Shown here piece after piece: positions 9,462 to 18,000 of a DNA stretch of 64,000 nt (positions within the stretch are counted from its first letter, which is position 1; the number at the start of each line of letters is the position of its first letter). Below the pieces are notes generated by a model. It made no database searches and was not told the origin of the DNA. It worked only from the letters and a program-made list of their open reading frames with translations. A program made the position numbers and the translations under genes. Source of the stretch: Candidatus Norongarragalinales archaeon (GTDB taxonomy: Archaea > Micrarchaeota > Micrarchaeia > Norongarragalinales > Norongarragalinaceae); NCBI GenBank assembly GCA_038884755.1, contig JAWABJ010000001.1, positions 251,378 through 315,377 on the forward strand, written 5' to 3'.

Positions 9462-12400
9462 ATGTACGACGGAAAGGAAAAAGGCGGGGGCAAGACTTTC
9501 TTCGAAAGCGTTGAAGAGTCCTACTATTCATTTTGCGATTCGTTGCAGGAGAAAGGCATTAAGGTTTACGACTGGTTCGTCGACCCTCTCGAGAAAAACG
9601 GCATTCCCTCGCTTCCGGTAATGCTGCTCATTCTGTTGGCAGTGCTTTTGGGCGCAGGGTGGCTTTTGTTTAATCCCGCGCAGGGCTCGGGCGCGTATTC
9701 CTTGAGTGTGAGCATAACCACGGAAAAAGGTCCGGTCGACGACGCGTTTGTTTCTCTTTTCAAAGGCAGTTCGCTCGTGGCGAAGGAAAAAACGCAGGCC
9801 GGGGTGGCTTTGTTCGAAGGGATTGAAGGCGGGGAGTACTCGATTGAAGTTGAGAAAGAGGGTTTCGAGAAAACCGCGCAAAACGTTCTCGTGCCCGACC
9901 AGGATTACGTTGAAATAACGCTTAAGCCCGGAGTTCAAACGCGCACGCAGCCGAACGGCAAAACCACGCCCAATTCCGTGAGTTTCAACAACCTCGACTT
10001 TCCGTCGGGAAGCGGAAAATTGGTTTTGCATATATTCGTAAATAGTCCCGGCGGGCAGAGCTTGAACGCTATTGCAACAGTGTACGACAAGCGCTCGATG
10101 GCTTCGCTTGGAACCGTGAACGTGAAAGACGGGTGGGGCACTTTCGACAGTCTTGAGGAAGGAATGCTGGTTTACGCCGACGTGAGCGCAGAAGGCTTTG
10201 CGCCTTACTCGGGTTCGGAAAACGCCATTACAATTTCCAAAAGCGGAATCAACTCTCTTACCGTAACACTTTCGGCCTTGACCGGCGATTTCGTTGAAAC
10301 TCTTGTTCGCGTGAGCGACTTGCAGGACGCGCCTGTTGCAGGAGCTTCAATCCAAGTTTTTCCCGCTGGCTCTGCAACTCCCTTGACTTTGTCCAATTCG
10401 CTTACTGATTCCAAGGGAATGCTCAAGCTTTTTTTGAATTCTAAAAACGAGTCTAGGTACAAGCTTCTTGCGGGCAAAACCGGTTTCGACGACACGGAAA
10501 GCGAGTGGTTCAAGGCAGGCGAGCCTGTCGCAGTGCGCTTGCACAAGCCCGGAGAATATACCGAAGACGAGAAAAGCCGCTCTTCGGCTTTGAACGCGCT
10601 TGTCACGCAAGAAGGAACGCCGGTGAAAGGGGCGGTAGTAACAATCGCGGGCGAAGGGCTTGTAACGCGCACGAGAGCCACAGACGCGCAGGGCAAGGCT
10701 TCGTTTTTCCTTTTCAACAAGCGCGGGTTGAACGTGGTTGCAAGCGCGGTGAAGGGAAACAGGGCTGCTTCCAAAGAGTTGGCTTTGGACGCTGCCGAAG
10801 TTTCGGTTGAATTGCCTTTGCAGAAAGCTTCGGGAATAGTAACGGTTAAAGCGGTGCGGTATTCCAACCAACAGCATTTGGACGCTTTGTTTGAAGCGCG
10901 AGAAAACAACGCGCTGCTTTCTTCTTGCGCTACCAACGGCGCAAGCCAAGAATGCGATTTGCAGGTTCCGCTCGGAACTACGGTTCAGATAACCGCTTCC
11001 TCGCAAGGCTTCGTTTCGGAAACGCACGAGGTGGTTGTGAACGCGCAGCAAATGTCTTACTCTTTCGCGTTGGTTTCGGAAAACGAAGTCCAATATTCGC
11101 AAATCAAGGACTTTCGCGTTACGCTGGAAGGAAGCAACGAAGCTGTTGAAATCCTTTATCCTGGAAAGCGTTACGAAGCTAAATTCACTTTGTTGGGCAA
11201 AACGCAAAGCACCGCAGACTCGTTCGGGTTTTACTTTTCCGTTGATGCTTCCAAAGCCGCGATAAAGAAAGTCACTCCTCCGTCTGCACCTGCGAAAACC
11301 TTGGGTTCCGCAACTGCCGCTTGCTCTCCAACCCAAATCAACTACAACAACGCTAACGCGGCGTGGGTGGATTTGACTTACCCCGGAAGCAATTCCGTTT
11401 CCAGCAAGAGCGTGAGAGTGGTTTTCGAAGTAAAGCCTTTGCCTGAAGGCGTTTTGGAGGAAAACACGATTGTGAAATACCGCAGTTTTCTCGTGCAAGG
11501 CGGGAAATACTACCGCAATCCTTTGAATGCGAACGACCCGCCTGAAAGGCGTTTTGACGCGAAAACTCCTTTGGCGTCCGGCTGCGATTCGCCGGCAATA
11601 AGCCGCACGTTCGTAATTAACGCCGCGGGCGTGTCGTGCAACAATTTTGCGTGCGTGCAAGTTGCTTTCACTCAACAGGGCGCGCAAAGCGCGAGGGACG
11701 GTTTCGTGGCTAAGGGCGGAGACAATCCCGCGCCAGTGATAATGGCTTTCGAAATTGCCATGCGCACCGCGCAGTTGCAAGGGGAGTTGGGTTTGTCTTT
11801 CAACGCGCCAGGCGGGTTTTTGGGCTTGCTTTCGCTGAAATACCCTGGAATTCCCGACGAGCAGGGCACTCCGCCCGAATTTCCGACTGTGCTCGAGTTC
11901 AACGGCAACGAAGGTTCTTTCTCCGTTTCGGTCGACCACTTGAAGTCTTACGCGAATTTCGAAGCGGGTTTCGTTTTCGGGGGGCAGGTTGCGTTGAAGC
12001 CCTTGGCGAAAACAAACCATTCTCAACTGTTTCTGCAAATTGCAGACAGCTCTAACGGGACTAGGCATACTGCGACCTATGGCGTCGTCACCAATGAAAC
12101 CATAGGCGGCGGGGGCGTTTCGAACGAAAGACTTTCGCTGCTTCCCGGCTCGCAGGATTCTTGCGGCGGCTCGCCTTTCGTAATTTACGACCCGGGCTTG
12201 AGAAACCAGATTTTGCTGAAGCAAACGCGGGATTTCCAGACGCAGTGCGGGACTGTTGAAATGCGCACCACGCCTTTGTTTCCGGCTGACGCGGTTAAAA
12301 TCACTGTCGACACCGCCGAAAGGCTTTTGGTTAACGTGACTGAAGACGACGGTTCGAGCATTTGCTTCGAATCGTGCTCTTTCGGCAGGGACGGTAAGGT

Positions 12401-14978
12401 CGACGAGTCTTCTTGCATACGCGATTTCTCTGCTTTCACTAGAAACGGGACGAGCGTCTTGCGCTACAACCCCGAGGCTTTCGCGCAATGCCGGGCTTTC
12501 CAGGCGATTGCGAACGAAGTGAAGCCCGCGAGGGTTAAGATTGAATTGGGAAGAATTGGAAGCCAATTGAAAACGCCCATAGTGATAGACGTTTCTGGCA
12601 TTTCCGCTTTCGAAGCGCCTTCGCTTTTCATAGGCCCCATCTTCTCGCCGGTTGAAGGTGGGGAGAGTGCGAAACTAGCTTACCCGCAGTTGTGGGCTGT
12701 AACGAACTTGAAGCAAATAGGGTCTAGGAACGTTCAAATGTACCTGGCGCAGCCTTCCGACATCAACCAGCCTATCGAACCGCTTTCTCTCGTCACTTTC
12801 GCGGGGCCGGGAACGCAGACGATTGCGCTGAACCCAAACCCCAAGAGCTTGGTGCTAGTTGCGAAGGAAAACGACGAGATTATTTTCGTGCAAGGCAACC
12901 CGGCCCAAAGCAGGGTAAGCGGGTTGACCGAGTACGCGCAGGAATTCTCGTTGAAAACGCGGTTTTCTGGTGAAAGCACGCAAGAACTGCAAAACCTGCT
13001 TTACTCCAACACCGGCTTCAATCCTGTTGTAGTAAAAAGGATTTTGGAAAAGGCGCTTGCGAAAGCAAAGCAAACCGCGTTCTGGAGGAGCGACGGTTCG
13101 GCGTGGTGCAAAGACACGCCTGTTTGCGTGAACAACAAGTTCCAGCCTTTCGCCGAATGCTGCCGCGCCACGCGCGAAGACTGGCTGGAGGGAAGCGTTT
13201 CTTTCGAGCAGACTACCGAGCCTTGCGCGTTTGAAGACGGAACTCCCGCTAAATTCTGCAACAACCTAGGTTATCCCCAGGAAAGCGGGAATTGGAATTC
13301 CCATCAGTCGAAGTGCGCGGTTCCCATTGATTTTGCTACTTCCGCGCCTTATTGCACGCAACCCGAAGGCTTTGCGCCGTCGACGCAAGTTTACTGCGAC
13401 TCGCGCTGCGCGCCGCGGGAAATAGTAGTGGGCGTTGACGAGAACGAAGAGCCGATTACCGAATTCACCATGGGCTTGGAAGTCGCTTACGGCGATTCTT
13501 ACAAGGAATCGTTCCAGTCGCAAGCCAAATCGTGTTCGGCGGACGCGGCTGCAAAGCAAAATTCCATGAGCAATGTGGACTTTCAGTCTTGCAAGAGCAA
13601 AGGATTCTTGTGCCCGATTTTCACTAAAATCAAAAACTCGGTTGACACGCCGTTGTGCGTGCCTGCTTCGGTTCCGGATTCCCGCGGCTTGATTTCGATA
13701 GATGAGGACGGCGAGGGCCCAACGTGGGAGTACGCTTCGCTTGCAGACGGGAGTTGGAAGTGCCCAGCGCAACACGTTTTTGCGGTCGCCGACGCCTGCT
13801 TCCAGGAGGCTTGCACTACCTACTGCAGCACTTACGGACTTGAAGGCCTTGCGCCCCGATGCGACGAGAGCGGGTACTGCGCGCCCGACGGCACGCGCAC
13901 CGTTCCAAAAGTGATTTACGACGAGGAGGAAGTGGGGCCGCTGGTGGAAGTGCCATTTTCTTCACTGGCAGGCAACGAAACCGACTCTCCCTTGTCTTTC
14001 TTCCCGTCCGCTTACGACCGCGGCTTCGCGTACCGCCTGCCTTTGAACACGCTCATCCAGCCTGACGACGTTGAAATCGAAGAGGCTTTCGCCAACGCCG
14101 GCCTTCCGCTTCCAGACTCTTGCACCGCGCAAGGCAATTTCACTTACCGCGGGTTGTACGACTTGCAGTCTTTGCTTTCGAAAGGCAGCCAAGGGTTTTT
14201 CTGGAACCACGCTTTTTCCGTGTTTTCGATTCCCAACAACGCGTACCACAACGTTCCCTGCGCTTTGGGCTTGGGCGCGGGGCAGACGCAAACGTGCCAC
14301 TTGCTTTTCATCGACCAGCGCGGGCGCAACGACGCGTGCATCAAAAGCATAACTCAATTCGATTATTTTGAAGAAGCGCCGCCAATCGCTTTTGAAAAGC
14401 CGGGCTTTCCGCTTTCGCAAATGAGTTTTGCAGGGCGCACCGGCATTTTCAAGGGAACTAGGCAATTTGCAATAACGCCTACCGGATACGTAGTTGCGTT
14501 GCGCTACGGCTCGAGCACCCGCCAAGTGTTCGACTGGTGGAAGCCCGAAGGTTCTTACGCTGGAGCAATAACGTTCACTTGGTCTAAATGCAAATTCTGG
14601 TGCCAAGTGTGGAAGTTCGTCAAGAGCGTGATTAAGGTCGCGATAGTAGTAGGGCTTATTTACCTTGCAATAAACCCCGGCGCCCTGGGGCCGTTCTTTT
14701 CCAAATTCGGGATTATCAAGTTTATGAAAGCAGGAGGGAATATAGCTGCGCACTACGCTTTCACGTCCGCCGCAGCTGAAACGCTCGTGGTTACCGTGGC
14801 TGCCATGGCGTCTTCCAGCCTGGCCGGGCAAGGCTTGTCCATATACACTCCCGACTTCAGCACCGAAGGGTGCAAGACCGCGGGCGTAGACCAAGGCTGG
14901 AACGAGGCGGAAACGCAAGCGCGTTTGCTCGGGTGCAAGAAAAGCTCTTGGAAAGTCGCGAGCACCACGCCCGCGTAA
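9462..14978 (+). CDS. giant membrane-anchored surface protein, paralog 1 (1838 aa)
   Basis: Conserved N-terminal module, then a TM helix (IPSLPVMLLILLAVLLGAGWLLF). This is followed by CarboxypepD_reg-like ~80-aa repeats (..GEYSIEVEKEGFE..), a conserved core block, a Cys-rich distal half and C-terminal hydrophobic helices. Confidence 0.85.
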   Translation: MYDGKEKGGGKTFFESVEESYYSFCDSLQEKGIKVYDWFVDPLEKNGIPSLPVMLLILLAVLLGAGWLLFNPAQGSGAYSLSVSITTEKGPVDDAFVSLFKGSSLVAKEKTQAGVALFEGIEGGEYSIEVEKEGFEKTAQNVLVPDQDYVEITLKPGVQTRTQPNGKTTPNSVSFNNLDFPSGSGKLVLHIFVNSPGGQSLNAIATVYDKRSMASLGTVNVKDGWGTFDSLEEGMLVYADVSAEGFAPYSGSENAITISKSGINSLTVTLSALTGDFVETLVRVSDLQDAPVAGASIQVFPAGSATPLTLSNSLTDSKGMLKLFLNSKNESRYKLLAGKTGFDDTESEWFKAGEPVAVRLHKPGEYTEDEKSRSSALNALVTQEGTPVKGAVVTIAGEGLVTRTRATDAQGKASFFLFNKRGLNVVASAVKGNRAASKELALDAAEVSVELPLQKASGIVTVKAVRYSNQQHLDALFEARENNALLSSCATNGASQECDLQVPLGTTVQITASSQGFVSETHEVVVNAQQMSYSFALVSENEVQYSQIKDFRVTLEGSNEAVEILYPGKRYEAKFTLLGKTQSTADSFGFYFSVDASKAAIKKVTPPSAPAKTLGSATAACSPTQINYNNANAAWVDLTYPGSNSVSSKSVRVVFEVKPLPEGVLEENTIVKYRSFLVQGGKYYRNPLNANDPPERRFDAKTPLASGCDSPAISRTFVINAAGVSCNNFACVQVAFTQQGAQSARDGFVAKGGDNPAPVIMAFEIAMRTAQLQGELGLSFNAPGGFLGLLSLKYPGIPDEQGTPPEFPTVLEFNGNEGSFSVSVDHLKSYANFEAGFVFGGQVALKPLAKTNHSQLFLQIADSSNGTRHTATYGVVTNETIGGGGVSNERLSLLPGSQDSCGGSPFVIYDPGLRNQILLKQTRDFQTQCGTVEMRTTPLFPADAVKITVDTAERLLVNVTEDDGSSICFESCSFGRDGKVDESSCIRDFSAFTRNGTSVLRYNPEAFAQCRAFQAIANEVKPARVKIELGRIGSQLKTPIVIDVSGISAFEAPSLFIGPIFSPVEGGESAKLAYPQLWAVTNLKQIGSRNVQMYLAQPSDINQPIEPLSLVTFAGPGTQTIALNPNPKSLVLVAKENDEIIFVQGNPAQSRVSGLTEYAQEFSLKTRFSGESTQELQNLLYSNTGFNPVVVKRILEKALAKAKQTAFWRSDGSAWCKDTPVCVNNKFQPFAECCRATREDWLEGSVSFEQTTEPCAFEDGTPAKFCNNLGYPQESGNWNSHQSKCAVPIDFATSAPYCTQPEGFAPSTQVYCDSRCAPREIVVGVDENEEPITEFTMGLEVAYGDSYKESFQSQAKSCSADAAAKQNSMSNVDFQSCKSKGFLCPIFTKIKNSVDTPLCVPASVPDSRGLISIDEDGEGPTWEYASLADGSWKCPAQHVFAVADACFQEACTTYCSTYGLEGLAPRCDESGYCAPDGTRTVPKVIYDEEEVGPLVEVPFSSLAGNETDSPLSFFPSAYDRGFAYRLPLNTLIQPDDVEIEEAFANAGLPLPDSCTAQGNFTYRGLYDLQSLLSKGSQGFFWNHAFSVFSIPNNAYHNVPCALGLGAGQTQTCHLLFIDQRGRNDACIKSITQFDYFEEAPPIAFEKPGFPLSQMSFAGRTGIFKGTRQFAITPTGYVVALRYGSSTRQVFDWWKPEGSYAGAITFTWSKCKFWCQVWKFVKSVIKVAIVVGLIYLAINPGALGPFFSKFGIIKFMKAGGNIAAHYAFTSAAAETLVVTVAAMASSSLAGQGLSIYTPDFSTEGCKTAGVDQGWNEAETQARLLGCKKSSWKVASTTPA
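11157..11880 (+). repeat. conserved core block, copy A (dispersed direct repeat with 16761..17495)
   Basis: Protein segments YPGKRYEAKFTL...DEQGTPP are highly similar in both tandem genes. Identical nucleotide runs include a 70-nt run at 11478..11547, which equals 17082..17151. Confidence 0.8.
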
Positions 14979-14991
14979 AAAATCTTAACCC

Positions 14992-15000
14992 TTTTTTAAT
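14992..15000 (+). promoter_or_regulatory. candidate TATA box (TTTTTTAAT) for giant gene 2
   Basis: About 24 nt upstream of the ATG at 15021, which would give a leaderless or near-leaderless mRNA. Co-transcription with gene 1 is also possible. Confidence 0.3.
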
Positions 15001-15020
15001 CTCTTTTTCTAACGATTTGT

Positions 15021-18000
15021 ATGGAAAACCAGCCGACCGGAGGCGAACAACCGCCTTCCATTCCAGCTAAAAGCAATCAAAAAACTTTGTGGGACAATGT
15101 TGAGGGAAAATACTATTCTTTTTGCGATTGGCTGCAAGACCACGGGCTTCCCATTTACGATTTCTTCGTTTACCCTCTTGAAGACAGGGGCATTCCTTCG
15201 CTCCCGGCTTTCGTGATTATCCTGCTGGCTTTGCTGCTGGGCGCGGGCTGGATTGCGATGGGCGGGCTGTCAGGGCTGGGACAGCAGGCTTACGCCCTTC
15301 AAGTGAGCGTTTACAGCGAGCAAGGTCCCATCGAAGGGGCAATCCTAACGCTGTACAAGGACGGCGGGGTTGTCTCGAAAACAAAGACGAATTCCGACGG
15401 GATTTCTTCTTTTGAAGAACTGCAGGCGGGGGATTACGCGCTGGACGCGGAGAAGGAAGGTTTTGAAACCGCTTCGCTTGCCGTTTCAGTCCCGCGAGAG
15501 TCAAGCGTGGACGTTACGCTGGTTTCAAAACAAAAAATCAGTTTCGAAGGCGGAAAGCAGCCTAACGGAAAGAAAACCGAAGAAGGGCCTTTCAACGAAA
15601 TTGACTACGGCGACTTGTCCCTCAAGATTTTTGTTACTGATATAGCGGGCAACCCTCTTGACGCGACTGCGAACGTTTTCGACAAGAACGCGGGAACGAA
15701 AATAGGGACTGTTATCGTAAGGAACGGCTTCGGCTCGCTCGACGGTTTGGAAGCGGGCATGGTCGTTTACGCGGACGTTTCCGCCCAAGGCCACGTGCCT
15801 TACTTGGGCAAGAACAACGCGACCACGATTTCTGCGGAATCCCCGAATTCCATAAGCGTAAAGCTCTTCAAAATCACGAACGACACCGAGTCGAAAGCCA
15901 CGCTCGTGAAAGTGCGTGATTTGAACGGAACGCCTTTGAACCAGGTTTTGATTAAGGTGTTTCGCAAGGGCAATCCTTTTGCGTTGATCATTCCCAACCA
16001 GTACACGAACGCAACCGGCGAGCTTGCGATAGACTTGAATTCAAGCGGAAATCCCGATTACAAGATTCTCGCTTCCAAAACCCCGTATGTGGATACTGAA
16101 ACAAGCTGGTTCAAGGCCGGAACGAAAGTTGAAATCACTCTCAAGAAGCAAAGCGAAATGAACCAGTCTGACAAAGACAAGGCTTCCAACCTTACCGTGA
16201 CGGTCACGTTCAATGGGAGCGTGGTGGCGAATGCTGCGGTCGCCGTATTCCACGACGAGCTTGCGACGCGCGAAGGGTTTACTAACTCCCAAGGCAAAAT
16301 CAGCTTTTACATCTTGAATTCTCGCGGGCTTACGGTTACGGTGAACGCTTCCAAAAACAACATGGCCGGCTCGAAGCAAGTCGCTTTGGATTCCGAGCAA
16401 GTGCAGGCGAGCGTGGAGCTTGAACGGCGGAAGGCAAGCGTGCGCGTGAGGGCGTTTAACTATTCCAACGGGTTGTTGATTGAAAACGCGGCTTTCGAGG
16501 CGAAAACTGGAGGCGCAACTGTTTCTTCCTGCGCCGTTTCCGCACCCAACTTCGACTGCGTGCTGCAAATAGGCATAGGCTTGAACGCGGAAATAAACGC
16601 TTCCGCCCCCACGTTCGTTTCCGAAACGAAATACTTGTCCGTAAACAACGAAACCATGGCGTTGGACTTCAGCCTGCTTCCTGAATACGCGGTGCAGTCT
16701 TCCCTCATCAAAGATTTCGTGGTGACGCCCGAAGGAGGGAATTCCAACGTAACCACGCTATACCCGGGAAAACGGTATGAGGCTAAGTTTACTCTCATAG
16801 GAAAAACCAACAGTACGAGCGACGAGTTCGGTTTTTATTTCGGCGTTGAAACCGCCCGCGCCGTAATCAAGCGCGTGACGCCGCCTTCAACCCCCACGAA
16901 GACCCTCGGTTCTACGACCGCAGCGTGCAATCCCGTGCAGATAGACTATAATAATGCGAATGCGGCGTGGGTGGATTTGACTTATGCTGGTGCGAATGGC
17001 GTGTCGAGCAAGAGCGTGAGAGTGGTTTTCGAAGTAAAGCCGCTTGGGCAGGGCGTGCAGGAGTCGAACGTTACGCTCCGCTACCGCAGTTTTCTCGTGC
17101 AAGGCGGGAAATACTACCGCAATCCTTTGAATGCGAACGACCCGCCTGAAACGCGCTTCGAGCCGAAAAGCCCGCTTGCCTCTGGATGCAACTCGCCTAC
17201 GTTCAATGCGCTTTACGCAATCAACGGCGTGGGCGTGAGCTGCAGCGAGTACGCTTGCGTGAGCGTGTTGTTCACGCAAAACGGACAGCAGAGCGCGAAA
17301 AACAACTTTACCATGATGAATTTCGGCGAGGGCTCCACGCCTCCGGTCGTAATGCTTTACGAAATCACGTTCAAGAAAGACGTTCGCAACAATCCCGCGG
17401 ACATTTCTTTTTCCTTCAACGCACCCGGCAGTTTCATAGGCTTGGTTTCGGCGAGTTATCCCGACCAGCCCGACGAGCAGGGCACTCCGCCGCAGCCGCC
17501 GAACAAAATAGAGTTTTTGAACGGCACTCCCCAGTCTTTCTCTGCCGATTTAAGCCACTTGAAGCGTTACTCGAACATGGACGAGGGCTTCAAGTTCAAC
17601 GGCGATTTCGTCATAAAGCCCTTGTCTTCCTCGAACGTTAGCGGGGAGGGCATAACTCTGCAACTCGCGCAAGGAGTTGATGCAGTCCGGCACAACGCCC
17701 TTTACAACATTCAAGCCAACGGTTCTCAAGGCGGGTGCACCCAGAATTGTAATGAGCAGGTGGAAAACAGCGCGAAGCTGCAAATGCTTTTGCGCCAGCG
17801 CAGGGACAGCGGCAGTTACATCACCAACCCGCTTTCGCTTTACGCAATCGGCTTGTGCTCTTACGAAAGCATACTGCATTCGTTCCTGCAAGTGGGTTTG
17901 CCAAAGTGCGCCGGTTCGTTCGTGGAATTGAACTACACTGTGACGGTGAACGACACGCAAGGCGGCCGCGGCTGGGTTTTCTTCAACTCCACTGCGAACG

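Noticed and set aside
10347-12566. A 739-aa ORF on the minus strand inside giant gene 1. Similar long antisense or alternative-frame ORFs occur at 13962..14918, 16041..16568, 54035..55072, 57206..58000, 61825..62493 and 63314..63961.
   Set aside because: They lie entirely antisense to, or out of frame with, genes that have strong domain evidence. Their translations are Arg/Phe/Val-rich low-complexity strings with no motifs. They are best explained by codon bias of the sense strand suppressing antisense stop codons.
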